A program made the position numbers and the translations under genes. A DNA stretch of 64,000 nt, taken from positions 21,881,897-21,945,896 of the forward strand of contig CM119270.1 of NCBI GenBank assembly GCA_051294375.1, in the 5' to 3' direction. Of this stretch, positions 25,887-39,987 are shown one piece after another (the stretch's first letter is position 1; the number at the start of each line of letters is the position of its first letter). Source of the DNA: Paraspadella gotoi. Its lineage: Eukaryota; Animalia; Chaetognatha. The notes under the pieces were generated by a model. The model was not told the origin of the DNA, searched no databases, and worked only from the letters and a program-made list of their open reading frames with translations.

Positions 25887-26260
25887 TTAAGTTTTTATCT
25901 TTCTATCAATATCACTTCTTCTCCTTTGTTCGTTAAAACCGAGATTTTTTTTGCCTGTTGTTATTACAGCTTTTGATGTTGTTGCTTCTTTTTGTTGTCG
26001 ACGTTGGATATAAGATCGCCAACATCAACCTCTTCTTCTTCCTCCTCTTCTTCCTCTTCTCCTTCGACGTCCTGTTGAGATTCCTCCTTCTCCTCCTCTC
26101 CCTCCTCCTCTTCCTCTCGCTCTACCTCCGTATTCCTCCTCTCCTCTTTTATGGTGAGGAATTTGGTAAGCGATGGTGCGAAGGGAGAATGATGCAGGCG
26201 AAGCCGAGGATATGGGGAATACGGATGAGAAGGAGAGGAAAGGGGAGAAGAAAGGCCGTC
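25887..26260 (-). CDS. CRT-like transporter, terminal exon 8 (noisy copy)
   Basis: Consensus of the copies reads CTCCCTCAG|GC GGC CTC... = GGLVFSPFLSISSVFPILGFALILPSTIAYNFLTIK(E)n...GFNEKGEEVILMKRIKT*, i.e. last TM plus acidic tail. This copy has indel noise. Confidence 0.7.
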
Positions 26261-26769
26261 CTGAGGGAGAGCGGAGAGGGCAAGAGGGAGAGAGAGAAAT
26301 TGAAGCGATGGTGCGAAGGGAGATGAGGGCGAGCCGAGGAGGGGAAATACGATGAGATGGAGAGGGAAGGGGGAGAAGACGAGGCAGGAGAGGCGAGATC
26401 GGGGGAAGAAAAGCGTCGTCGACAGGGATGAAGGGCAAGCGAGGGGAAGAACGTGAGGGGAGAGAAAGGGGCAAGCCGGGCGCCTGAGAGAGGGAGGGAA
26501 GAATGAAGCAGCGTAAGAAACAAAGCGAGTGATACGCGTAATGACGAGGAAGGGAGAACGCCTGAGAAGGGAGGAAGAGGAAATATGTGTCGAGATCAGG
26601 GCGCAGATGGGGTCGTGTGGGCAGGGGGCGCTAGACAGAAAGGGAAGATTGTGTCGAGGAAATGGGCAGCCGTGATCCGGATGGATGAAGGGGACAGACC
26701 TGGAGAGGGAGAGAGGGAAGGGGAGTGGGGGCTATCCCCCCTTTACCTATCCTCCCTATCTATCGCAAC

Positions 26770-26911
26770 CTTTGGGTGGTGTAACGATAGAAAACGCCAA
26801 AAGAATCCGGAAAGTGGGCGTGACCAAAGCTCGACGATGAACGACAAAAGATGGGGCCCGTCAGAAATCGACATGCAGAAACGAAGCGAAGAGTCGTAGC
26901 CGAGATCAAAG
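26770..26911 (-). CDS. CRT-like transporter, exon 7 (error-ridden sequence)
   Basis: Acceptor CCCCTTTGGTCAG|CT is phase 1, matching exon 6. Allowing indels it reads ALISATTL..RFSDGPIFVVIVEALVTPLSGFFW..YRY, resembling the family SEGA..LVTPLG..FW segment. The donor position is approximate. Confidence 0.6.
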
Positions 26912-27257
26912 CTGACCAAAGGGGGGGGGAAATTAAATCTAAAATCTTAATTATGAGTCTGACAAAGGGGGGAAAAATAAATCTAAATCTTATTTGAGGT
27001 AGATGAGAAGTGGAAAAATAAATCTAAATCTATATTTAGTCAGTAAGATGCATCAAGATGCAATTCAAGAATGCTTAAGATGCCAAAGGATGCCCCGAGA
27101 AAGCTCAAGTATTCTGCTAGCTAATCTATTTTTGATATACTAGGAAACAAAAAATATTTTATTAACTACAATATTTATGACTTAGCAAATATTAGATAAA
27201 TCCCTTTTTTTTATCTTTTTATCTTATATTTCTTCCAAAAGGAAAAACATTGAGCAC

Positions 27258-27504
27258 GTTTTCAATCTTTCGTCTCCTTGAATTTTTATTCGAAAAGTTG
27301 TTTCAATTTCTAAGAAAAGCTACGACTGCCCCTTTTTTTTGCTCAAGGAAAAAAGATACTTTTAGAAATAGTTTGCCGAAAATTTTGAATGAAATTTGAA
27401 TAATAAAAATTGGTATTGTTTGTATTTTTTAAGAATCTGTATTAATTCTAAGTGAGAAAAAAGAAGAAAGATAGATATATACAAGAGAAAAAAAAAGAAA
27501 GAGA

Positions 27505-27568
<64 letters not shown>

Positions 27569-28070
27569 TACAGTTTCGAAGTCTTACTCGTGACTCCTAA
27601 TGATAATCACTCTTGAAAGTCTCAACTCTGTTTACTAAAAAATATAAAGAAATAAAAATATAAAATAAACTTTACTTTAAAACAACGCGGCGTGAGAATC
27701 ATTACAATTTTAATTTTAAAAAAACAAATTTAAAAAAAATTAATTCAAATTTTTTAAGTTTTTATTCTTTTCATCAATATCACTTCTTCTCCTTTTTCGT
27801 TAAAACCGAGATTTTTTTTGCTGTTGTTATTACAGCTTTTGATGTTGTTGCTGCTATTGTTGTTGTCGACGTTGATATAAGATCGCCCAACATCATCCTC
27901 TTCTTCTTCCTCCTCTTCTTCCTCTTCCTCCTTCGACGTCCTGTTGAGATTCCTCCTTCTCCTCCCTCTCCCCTCCTCCTCTTCCTCCTCCTCTTCCTCC
28001 TTTTCCTCCTCCTCCTCTTTTATGGTGAGGAAATTGTAAGCGATGGTCGAAGGGAGAATGAGGGCGAAGT
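27258..28070. repeat. direct duplicate of 25370-26200, including a cleaner 5'-truncated copy of CRT-like exon 8 (27754-28069, minus)
   Basis: CGTTTTCAATCTTTCGTCTCCTTGAATT... is colinear with 25368 onward, differing mainly by single-base indels. Confidence 0.9.
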
Positions 28071-29129
28071 GCTTCCCGAAGAGCTGTTTTCGTTTCTGAC
28101 CAGTTGTTTTTGTCCTGTCTGCTATCGCTAGTGTCACCTAGCTCCGTTTTACACTTACGAGTAAAATCTTGCTTCTTCTTTGGCCTGAATTGCGAATGCT
28201 CATCATCAGTTTACTCTAGAACCATACTTGTATGCATACTATATGTCACTTCTTTTTGCTTAATAGCTGACAGTGGTGCAATCGTGTGCAATTGTTACAT
28301 ATTTGCTTCTCTTCGGCTCAATTACTGACACAATGCAATTGCGTATATGTCAGTTCCACTTCGCGACACTCGCGTCATATATCCTTACTTTTTTTGTCTC
28401 GATAGCATATACTGTGCATATGCTCTATATGCCTTGATAAGCTTGACTTCTTCGCATCTAACGTGCATCATCTGCTTTCGCGTTCCCCTTAAGTATGACT
28501 TGGATATCGCAAGTTCTTCCCACTTCCGTCCCTTTGCAACCACGCCGCATCGCACGCTGCGGCTGACTTCCGATTCCGCATGGGCATAATGCGGGCCGAC
28601 CACTAGATCTGTGAGAGGGAAAAAGGATTTGAAGAAGTTTTTGAGGGTACTTTGAGACGGCATATATTGTGGAGGCTTTCATCGTGGTTCTCCATTTCAT
28701 ATTTTGTAAAAGAACCAGGAAACTGTTCTCTTTCTGTTATTGTCGAGAACAATGATATACACTAAAGTGGTATTTATTATTGACCCTAGGATTCAGGTGA
28801 TAACTAATGTATCATTTGATAGGAGAGAAGTAGACCCTTTTGTACAGCTTGTCCTCACCGGGGACCACTGAGCCACCGAAGCCGTCCATATAATCCTGAG
28901 TCCGCCTAATGAGCGGTTCTTTAATATATGATAATATGTACTTCAGTTTACCTTCATTTGAGTATGAAGTTGACATGTTACTTATTAAGCGATATAATTA
29001 ATTATTGTTGGGTTATAGTGGACATTTAAGATTAGAATCCACCAAAAGTGATGTCCAACGTTGGTTTTGTATTATTGATTAATTCTCTGTAATTCGGTAC
29101 TGTTTCGTTAATACCTTCGTAAATGTGTC

Positions 29130-30554
29130 TTGATTAATCTTGCGGATTGTTATGTCATTAATCTTGCAATAGAGCTTAACCCCACCAGCTGGTCCAGTCC
29201 AGGGGAGCCATAGCTAAAATTATTAATGTAATGTGATCGATTTGTTTATATTGTGGGTTGTATTACATTTCATAAAAATATCCTTTTATCATTCTCGCTG
29301 CGTTCCGATATCATTCTTTGCTTCCTCCTGAGCTGCGGAAAGTTAATTGACACAATCGCGTCTAGAGAGCTTTTTCCTCAAGTTTCGTATTGTCATGTGG
29401 AATAAAGAACAAATCACGGTTTTTCCATCTGGTTTGTTTGCATGAAATGATTCCGTGTCTCTCTCTCTCTCTCTCACTCTCTCTCTATCACTCTCTCCCT
29501 AAAAAGTTTTAAAATTTATGGAAAAAAACATTTTAACTTGCGGAAAGAGTTTATATTTTGAAAAAAATCTATTTCGGCGCAAAAACTGACTTTTTTTTGA
29601 GGAGGAGAAAAATGTTAAAGGTCGAAAAATCAGAAGGTTGGTATGAGAGGAATAAAAAGCCATCTTCGAAAAAGTAGTGGCTTATTTTAACAACAACCGC
29701 CATATACATTTTATCAAGAATTCAGCGTTAGTTTAGATTTTTGATAAGGTTAGAGGTTAAGAGGGTAAGGTTAGATATAGAATTAGGATTAGGAATTTTG
29801 GGTTAGCGATTAGTGTTTAGAGGTTAAAAATTGGTTTATGAAATAGGAATAGGGTTCATGTTGAGTGTTTTAAGATTTAATTTAAGGTTAAGAATTAATT
29901 ATGTGGTTAACGACGAAATAGGGCACTTCTGGACAGAGAGCCCATCTGTAAGGGAAATATTTCGTTGAAAGATTTGAAATAAAGTGAGAGTCTGAAAGTA
30001 AGATGAAAGGATAAAAAGAAAGAAAAAAAATTTCTAAAAAAAAGAAAAAAAGGGCAGCGTGAAAAGATAAGAATAGAAGAAATTGGCGACAGATTTGTTT
30101 GGTAATAAAAATAAAATACAATTGTGAAAACTAATAAATAAAGTTTAAAGGGGAAAATAACCTATAAGGTTTATAACTCTACCAGGTAACAAATACTGTA
30201 ACATGATCGATATGATTCTGAATATGTATTCTTACTGGCAGTGGTTTTCGCGAGGAATTTGTAAAGCCAAAGATTTTAATGCGTTTATGCTGTAGGCGGA
30301 AGTTTGAAGCGAATGTGGTTCCTATCAAGGATAACTATGCATGGCTTAATTTAATATGAGGGTAAGAACGAATACCGGTAAGGGTTAGGTTTGGGGTATA
30401 GGGTATCAAGTAGTCGGTAATAGGGTATTAGGATATTAGGTATTTTGATATTAATGGTATAAGTAAAGCATTTAAGGCGAAAAGGCTTTTATGCTTAAAT
30501 AAAAGATGTGTAAATAGGAAGGAAAAGTAGAGAAGGCAAAAGAGGAGAGTAGAG

Positions 30555-30594
<40 letters not shown>

Positions 30595-30624
30595 GAAAAG
30601 AGAGAGAGAGAGGAAGAAAAGAAA

Positions 30625-30657
<33 letters not shown>

Positions 30658-31560
30658 CGAGAGAGAGAGAGATAGAAGAGAGAGAGAGAGAGAGAGAGAA
30701 GAGAGAGAGGGAGAGAGAGAAGAGAGAGGAGAGAGAGAGAGAGAGAGAGAGGACAGAAGAGAGAGGAGAGGAGAGAGAGAGTTTAAATGTTCGATTAAAC
30801 TTTGATAACAAGCGTGAAAACGGAAAGTGACGTAAAATGCATCTTTTCTTGTGAGATACGACTCGTTGTACTGTACAGCTCGTACAGTAAAATGCAGGAT
30901 CATTTTCTTGGCGCGGGGCGCGGGTCTGGTCTGTCGTCCAGTCCTTGCCTTTTTGGGGGGAATATCGCTGTTAGAATCCTCGCGTAGATGAAGTGAGATA
31001 GATGAGGTTCAGAATGAGTGAGAATGAGAGAGATGAGATGAGATAGATGAGATGGATGGGATGAATAGAATTGAGATGAGATGAGATAGAGTGAGATGAG
31101 TTCAGATGAGATGAGATGAGATAGGATGAGAAGAGCTGAATGAAGATGATAATGAGATTGAGATGAGATGAGATGAAATGAGATGAAATAGATGAGATGA
31201 AGATGAGATGAAGTTGAGAATGAGATGAGATGAGATGAGAAATGAGATGGAATGAGATACGAATGAGATGAAATGAGATGAAGATGAGATGAGGATGAGT
31301 GAGATGAAGTTGAGATGAGATGAGATTGAATGCAGATGAGATGAGATGAGATGAGATGGATGAGATGAGATAGCATGAGCAATAGATGAGATAAATATAA
31401 TGAAGAATGGAGATGGAGATGAGCGAGATTGCGTGTGAGAGAAACCGGTTCTTCAAGAAATTAGTTCCGGAGATATGTTTGGAATTAAGGCTTTATTTAT
31501 CAAACGCGCATTTCATATTTTGAATTTTGGTTAGTTTTTGAGTTAATGAGGAGTATAAGA
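29130..31560. repeat. inverted noisy duplicate of ~41950-43870
   Basis: e.g. GATTGCGTGTGAGAGAAACCGGTTCTTCAAG (31427) is the reverse complement of CTTGAAGAACCGGTTTCTCTCACACGCAATC (42052); (GATGA)n versus (TCATC)n arrays also correspond. Confidence 0.9.
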
Positions 31561-33354
31561 TTTGGTGAGTTGTTATATTTATCGATTTTACGTTGTGGAA
31601 GTAAATGGATCTAGAGAGTGATTATCATGGTGAGGAGTACATATCTCTGAAACGGGGGAGAGAGAGACAGAAGATAGAGAGGAGTGGAGAGGATATAGGG
31701 ACTACAATATATTGACATGTCACGAAGTTCCCTAAGGAACTTTTATAGAATTAACGAACTTTGGAGAAAGGAGAGACGTTTATCTAGATTGAGTAGTGGG
31801 ATAAGAGAGCAGAATGGAGGTAGCATATACCAAAGAAGAGAGTGAACAGATGAGATGTATGACGTCTCACTTCTGCAATCTCGACGCATCGAGAGATATA
31901 AGGAGTGGATATCAGAGTAGTATGTATGTATGAAGTGAGAAAGACAGAAAATAAACCTAGTTAGGTGGTGGCACAGATGAGATAGAAAAGATGGCTCATG
32001 GGCTTACACTATACTCACACCGTAAGGAAACGATAGAAGTGATACTGTGACGAAAAGAGAGGAAAGATAAGAGAATAAACCGTAAGATGATATACGATGA
32101 TCATAGATAACACTGATAAGATGAGAAATACTTCTATACATATACATACATACGAAGGAGAGGAAAATAATCTGGGTATCGCACGTAAATTAATAATACA
32201 TATATGGTCACACATTAATAAAATACAAAAATGAAGCAAGTCCAGGATAATATGGGGTGGGAAATAAAACAGAAACAACACTTTACGACAATTTTTACTG
32301 GTTATTAAATCTCCTATATAACTCGAACGCTTTAGCTGACAAAACGGACCTAAGCTCAATATCTTTTTAAAGTTTTTTAACATTCCACTAAAAGCATACA
32401 TCATAAACAAAAACACTCGGAGATCACATACGAAGGACAAACTCAAACCCCGTCTCTTTCATATTTATCCTATTAAGTAGTTCTCTGACTTCCTCTCCAG
32501 TACGCACCCTATTGATTCAATAGTTAATGACGGTTGTGATCTTCGTGCGTTCGACTCCGATATCTCTCAGCGAGAGAGGATTTGTCGTGTGACCACCACC
32601 ATTTGTCAGGTGAGTTGATGGAGATCGAGCTGCAGTCTTTATCTGAGATCGTACGAGAGCAACCACGAGGACTGGGTCTGAGGGGGTCTCGGCTGAGGAA
32701 CCTGGGGGGAGGGGAAATGGGCTCGGCGGAAGTATGGGTTAATGGTGGTTGTTCGTTATGGAGAGGGAGGAAGACTGAAATGAGAAATTGAGTGAGCAAC
32801 CAAGATAGTGATCATTAAGGCGAAGATAAAGAGTTGAGATGAGGAGTGAATGACGGCGGACGTTACATTTTAGATCCAATTTGATCAGGGATTAAGGCCT
32901 CCATTTTTAGTATATCATTTAGATTATCTCATTTACGCAGGCGATGATTTGGAATATAAGGCACCTACGATTAGTACTATCAAAATGGATTAGGCCCTCA
33001 ATACCACCACTTATAACGAATAGAAAACTATTACAACGCAGGATCAGCCGCTAATGCTTTTTTATATGAATTTGTATTGTTTTGATGTTGAGTTATTACC
33101 TTTGTATGTTCTTGGTGAGTGTTTCCATATGTTTTTTTTTTCTAATTTATTTTCTTTCCTTTTTGTTTTATATTATTCTTTTCCTATCTTCTAATATTGT
33201 TTCCTAGCCAAATCTTAAATTCACATATTTTTTTATGGTTTAATATGATATTATCTCGGGTTCGCAAAATTATAATAAGAAGATTAGAATATTTTTGTAG
33301 TTTCCTTGAGTGCGTGAATGCCGCCAATTTGACGAAGACAATTTCACACCAAAA

Positions 33355-34040
33355 AAATTGATGTGATTTGGTCGAGATTTGATTAATATTACTGAATTCT
33401 CAATTATTATGATAATTCGTGATTGGTCGAGATTGGGATTCCTTTGATTTCTTTTGTGAAATGTGATAATTCATGGTTTGAATATTGCATCTTTTGATGT
33501 TCTTTTTGAAATGTGAATTGGTTACACAGACAGATTTGGACGATTATGTGTTGATTCTTTCTTCAAAAATGTGATTGGATCGAGATCCTGGATTCACTCT
33601 GATTTTCTTTTCTAATGTGATTGGTTATATTGGATTCTTTGATTTCCTTATTTCACCTATAGTGATTGTTGATGATTGGATTCTTTGATCTCTTGTTGAA
33701 CTGTGATGGTCGAGATTGGGATTCTTTGATTCCTTATTCTGAATGTGACTATGGAACAGATATTGGATTCTCTCTGATTGCATTCATCTGAGAATAGTCG
33801 ATTGGTGTGAGGATTCGGATTCCTGGTGGTGGATTTTTGTCTTTAGACACTGCTGATTGGTTGATATTGATTCTTCTGATTTCTTTTCAAATGTTGGATT
33901 GGGTCGATTTCAATTCACGACTTCCTTTGATTTCTTTCGAATTGTGAAATTGGTCCTTGATAATGGAGCATTCTTTGATCTTAACTTCAAAGTGATGTGT
34001 CTTGAGGATGAGGAGTTCTTTGATTTCTTTTCTGGCTGAG
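33355..34040. repeat. noisy ~40-bp tandem repeat (GTGATTGGTCGAGATTGGATTCTTTGATTTCTTTTGAAAT)
   Basis: Many degenerate copies with long-read-type errors. Confidence 0.75.
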
Positions 34041-37000
34041 GAACTGAAAGTTGGAACGATTTAGTTTTGTGAGCTTGTATTGGGTCGATTGTGTGACTTT
34101 CGACTGTGGGAGCCGCACGAACGATAACTCGCAACGAACGGCGACGGAGAAATTGCATTTGTCGAAATCCTAATCTTGGACGTTTGACTGCTTGTTGCTC
34201 TGTTTCGTGCTGTAAGTTCGGATCTATCTTTGTGTGTTGTTGTAAGGTTTAATTTTATTTGGGGGCAAATTTTGTTTTTAAAACACGAGCAATTTGGATA
34301 TTTTGGGCAGGGTTTTCCACTTAAGGTTTAGTTTTGCAATATTTTTATTCAGTTTTTTTTAGCTAACTTCAGAATCGATCCTATACTTTCTCAATTGCTA
34401 TATCTTTCCTTTGTCATCTTTGATCCTATTCTGTCATCCTGTGTCATTTTTCCCCCCTTATATGTGGTCATCTTGATCCAACTGATGTCTGACCTAACTT
34501 AGTGTGTCTATTCTCCTTTTCGGTTTTCTTCGATGGAATAAAAACGAAAATCCGAGATTCCAAAAAAATCTCGTTTCTGGGATCTCGAAATTAAATCGAA
34601 GAAAAGGATCGGAGATAGAGCAACGAGCTCATCTGTCGGGTCTCTCTACTAACGCACGCTCGAAATACGTCTCTCAATCTCTGTCCGATGTCTCCTGTCC
34701 TCTCAGTTCTCCTTCTTCTCTAATCTCTCTCTCCTCTTCCTCCCTCTCGCCATCTTTTTGTTAAACACCACAGAAAACCGAGAGAGATAAGGCGGCCGAG
34801 AGGGAAGCGGGCGTTGAAGGGGGGAACTGAAGTGGTAAGGAGGGGGGGGGGTGGATTCGACTTAACCAACGATCGAGTGGACAAGTCAATTCGACTCGAA
34901 AGACGAACGAACGACAACAACAACGGACAATCAACGACGACGGCCCTTCGAAGAAGCCGGATGAAACGTGAAATATAAGCGTAAATGAGTAGAGAGAGAG
35001 TAAGTGAGAGAGAGAAGAGAGCGAGAGCAAAGTGCAGAGAAACAACAAGTTTCCTATGCTGAACTTTAAAAAAAGGTTTAAGAAGAATAAACAGGAGATT
35101 AAAATAAAAATGGGAGATAAAAAAAAATCGCGGATGACCAAGCATAAATAAATATTAGACTCTCTCTCATCTCTCTTCTTGTGATGACACAGGTGTCTCT
35201 CTCTCTCTCTCTCTCTTTCTCTCTCACCGTCTCGGGTAAAAAAAAATGAGTGAAAAATAAAATCAGCAAAAGAAAAAAAGAATGGAACGTCGAAGTTCGC
35301 GGATGTGGATAAAAGATGTGATTTTGTTGTTTGTTGTGTTTGTTTTATAGAGAGAGAGATTATCACAGCTTGAATAGAGTGAAAGAATGAAGAAGGAGAG
35401 TAGTTTGTCTCGTGGTATACCCGCTAGTAGCGGCTTCCCGGCAGATGAGAAACTCTCCGTTCCATACACGGATAGTAAAAGCAGCTCGAGAGTAGGGTGC
35501 CGGAGTTGTCGATCGGAGTTTTGCGGTCCGGAGTGCGGTCGGAGTAGCGCGGTGGACGCGAGTAAGCGGTCGAGGAAACCCCACTCCAGATTGAATAAAA
35601 GCGAATTGACCTCTTCAGATTAGCTCTCGTTTTATTTTCTAGATTGGGGCATCATCGAGCGCCTATATGCATGAATATGGGTCAGCTCCAAGCATATAGA
35701 TCGCCATGCCAGGCCAGAAAAATTCTTAATTATATTTTTTTTTACAATTACTTAATTTCACATTGTTAAAGATTAATTAAAGATAAGTGCCCACCTAGAC
35801 TTGTCTGACATACCTATTCCCTCTTTTGTTTGGACTATAGTTTAGGACCATTTTTAACACGCTCTGTGGTACACTTTATGACAATGCAAGTACATTGCAG
35901 TTCGATCTTAGTTACGTGACCGGCGGTGTCAGCGCCTCCGCTACAATATAGATTAGCATTTTTAAGTTTTTGTCTGGTCTAATTCATTTTTAATGCCCAA
36001 ATCTTAAGGAATAAAATATGTTTGGTGTTTGGGTTTCATATTTATTGTATTGATTTTTTACGAGTAGATAGCAATCTTTTGTTATGATTATCATCGTACT
36101 TTTCTGTTAACACTCGACGTAAGAAATGGCTTAAAAAACCGCACCAAAATTAAGTAATCCAAAATCTAAAACCTCTTTTCAAAAATCCCGATTATCTGGT
36201 CACCTCTCCTCGTTGCATCTTTTTTTATAAAATGTGTATCAAAACCTTTTTTTCACAACTGTTTAGGTCCTTGGAGAGTTTTTCACAAACCCCGCCCTCT
36301 ATTGTCTGTTCCGGTCCTGTCTGCTTACAATTACCATACATAGCAAACTGGTTAGTTTAGATTAAGTCCAGTCCGAATGAAATACATAATGATAAAGCAT
36401 AAAGGGATCCAAAAAGTCTTTGGCGTCATTGAAATAGCAGTAGGACGTTCGCGACAGAGCGAATCCCTTTCAAAAGTGGCTCAGATAAATATGCTATGTA
36501 AATCTAGTATCTTTATCATCAATGATAACGCAAATCATCCCGCATCTTCTTGTTCTTCTGCATCTTGTTCTCATTCTTTGGGGTTTAAGATTTCTCATCT
36601 TCGATTGGGTATAAAAGCTTGAAACATCAGAATCAATCAAATACGGTAAACACGCAATCTCATTGAAAAGAGTCAATAACAGTGAAAAAGATAACGGAAA
36701 GTAACGATTTGAAAGGAAAATAAGAAAAAAAGGGAAAACACATCATGCATTGAAAGGAAAATACGAAAACTAGGAAAGGGGACTGAAAGGAAAGGAGGAA
36801 ATCCGAAAAAGAGGAGATTGATAAGATTATTCGGAAAAATAATTCTCAATGGCGTTTTCTCAAGCGCATCAGACAATTTCTTCTTTTAAAACCGATTTTT
36901 AAAATTAAATAAATTAAATTAAATTAAATTAAAGACTTTTAAAAGGATAGAACCTTTTATCAGAATATTTGTTAAAAACTTTTCACTTACAAGACAGACC

Positions 37001-39249
37001 CAGACTGACAGAAACCGACAGCACAGACAGACCGGACTGACAGGACAGACCGGAGCATGCAGAGCCAGAAAAGATGCCGAGGTCACGTTTTTCGCACCCA
37101 CAGATCACGAGCTGATCAGACTATCGAGCCACCTGAAAACACCATAAAGTATCGTCGCGTGCGAGCGTACTGAGAAAAAGTAAAATGAATATATAGAGAG
37201 CGTAAAAAAAAACACGAGAGTAAACTTTTTTCTCTTTTAGAGATGAATCTTCACTTAGTTATTACTCATAGACTCGAGAATGAAAGGAGTGCAAATGTGA
37301 AACTGAACAGAGATATGCTAAGCGTGATAGATTCAAAATAATTTGAAAGAGTAAAGAAAGAAAGAAAAGAAGTGAAGGAAATCCAAGTGAGAAGTGAGAG
37401 TATAGGAATTAAGAGAATTTCATTTGTAACGGAATATGAGTATATGATATGAACAGATAAGCAAGAAAATTGAATCTAAGTGAATGAAAGATAGCGCACC
37501 GAGATCGAATTGAAGTGTTAAAGAAAGATGAATCGCGTTCTGAAATATTTTTGAAAAATTCTCTTTAATTCTTCACTTTCTTTGCGTGAGTTGCTCTCTC
37601 TTCCCTTCTCTCTGGGTCATTCTCTCTTCTGCGCGCGGTTACCACTCTCTCCCCTCTCATCTTGTTCCCCTCTCACTTTCATGATCTGGGCACATGTCCG
37701 ACCTTTTCCGCCCTCTCCACACTACCGGCCGTAGGAATGATGTTGTCACTTCTTCTGAAGGTAGGATCTGTTTTCCTTCAAATTGTTGGAGACAAAGTTT
37801 TCCTCAGCTCCGCGTGACATCGATGGGCCTTTTGAATTGGAAATCCTCTTTGAGAAGTATATGGAAAGGAGCGCGTCGCAGGGGGGCCCATGGTCTTCGT
37901 TAGGGCCTGAGGCCGGAGGAATGGATTTTCGTATCCTTGGGGGGGTGAGAGGGGGGAATCTGTGGTCCTTGAAATTTTTTATTAAAAAAATTTTTATAAA
38001 AGACGTAAAATCTCTATGTATCATAAATACTTATGTCATGATATTTTTTTTAGGCGAGCTATAGTTTCCACTATACGTTCTACGTTACAATCTCAAAAAC
38101 AATTGGACTTAAGCTTCAACAATTAAAAACAAGCTATTTTTCCTAATACGCAAAGAAACAAATTTAAAATTTGCATCACACACTTTGAAATAATATGATT
38201 ACACGATAGATATATAATATATATATATCCTCAATCCGGTGACAAAAATATGTAACGAATATTAATCCATTTAAATATATAATCATACCTATTATACAAA
38301 AAACTGAAGCAATAATATAAAAAATTAAAGTAAAGGCAAGTATGAAAATCAAAAAACCCGAAAAAAAGAAAGAATTACGAAATAAAACACACTAGTATGA
38401 GAACATTATCATTTTATTAAACAAACAAATCCTCACAACACCCTCAACACGCACACAACGTACGTCCGCTCCCATTTTCACTACCGCGCGCACTCCCTCA
38501 CTGGGAAAGACCCGAACTTCGACTTCCGCGATTCTCTCAATTCGATCCACAAATTTCCTTTCATTTTGGTTCATAAGCCGACGCGTTAATCTTTCTCCAT
38601 CAGCAACTGACCCGGGCCGAGCGACTACGAACCGGATCGTATAGAGTTCCGCAGAGTTCTTCCGGAGCTCGGGTTGTCGGAGGCGCTGCTATGGGGGTGG
38701 AGCGGGTCCGGTGAATTTCTGAGGGGATCGGGGATCACAGTCGGGGCGCGCGGGAGAGAGGCGGTTCGAAGACACGTCGTTCAGAAGCGATGGGCATCTT
38801 GAGGGATATTGACGGCATTGGACGGCTTATCGTAGCAAGGAGATGACTCGTTGGGCGCTTGTGGCGCAAGAACGACCCAAGAATAAATAGGATGGAGATG
38901 AGGGTGTTTAAAAGAGAACTGTGCGAAATTCTTGAGTCATAATATTTGCTTCTATACTCATTTATTTGATCGGGAATTCTTCTATATTGTGAGCAGTTGT
39001 ATTACTTAATTATAAAAATTTACTGCAAATATATCACAACTCTTATTCTTTTTTTAAATTTTTAATTTTAAAACTATCTGAATGAAAAGCTATAACAAAT
39101 CTTCCGTAAATCAAATGAATAGTTGGAGTAGTAATGAGGAGAGAGAGGAATGAGATTAAAATTAACAATATAGAAGGATATCAACTTAAGAGATATTGAA
39201 CAATTTTACTAATCAATTTAAGGGGGGAATAGGGATTAGTAATCCTCTT

Positions 39250-39987
39250 CACTCTCCCCCCTTCTTTCTCCCCTTTCCTCTCCCTCTCCCTTCAGCGGCT
39301 CCTCGTCTTCTCCCCCTTCCTCTCCATCTCATCCCGGTATTCCCATCCTCGGCTTCGCCTCATTCTCCCTCGACCCTCCACTTACAATTTCTCTCTCTCC
39401 CCTTTTCCTCTCCCTCTCCCTCAGGCGGCCTCGTCTTCTCCCCTTCCTCTCCATCTCATCGTATTCCCCATCCTCGGCTTCGCCCTCATTCTCCTTTCGA
39501 CCATCGCTTACAATTTCTCTCTCTCCCCTTTCCTCTCCCTCTCCTCAGGCGGCCTTCGCTTCTCCCCCTTCCTCTCCATCTCATCCGTATTCCCCATCCT
39601 CGGCTTCGCCCTCATTCTCCCTTCGACCATCGCTTACAATTTCTCTCTCTCGCCCTTTCCTTCCCCTCTCCCTAGCGGCCTCGTCTTCGCTCCCCTTCCT
39701 CTCCCATCTCAACCCGTTCATTCGCCCATCTCGGCTTCGCCCTCATTCTCCGCTCGACCATCGCTTACAATTTCTCTCTCTCCCCTCCGTCCTCCCTCTC
39801 CCTAGGCCGGCCTCGTCTTCTCCCCCTTCCCTCTCCATCTCATCCGTATTCCCCTCCTCGGCTTCGCCCTCATTCTCCCGTTCGACCATCGCTTTACATT
39901 CTCTCTCTCCCCTTTCCTCTCCCTCTCCCTCAGTGCGGCCTCGTCTTCTCCCCTTCCTTCCATCTCATCCGTATTCCCCATCCTCGG
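39250..39987 (+). repeat. ~120-bp tandem repeat of the CRT-like exon-8 acceptor plus exon 5' part (inverted relative to the gene)
   Basis: About 6 copies of pyrimidine tract-CTCCCTCAG|GCGGCCTCGTCTTC...ACCATCGCTTACAATTTC; the reverse complement occurs at 26150-26500. Confidence 0.85.

Noticed and set aside
27754-28070. Real duplicated terminal exon (second gene copy)
   Set aside because: It differs from 25887-26200 mainly by random single-base indels and is truncated into junk sequence, consistent with read redundancy.
28080-29100. Higher-complexity segment as foreign or horizontally acquired DNA (also 31.6-33.3 kb and 34-39 kb)
   Set aside because: No coherent ORFs; it lies inside the indel-rich gap-fill block and is best explained as low-quality read sequence.
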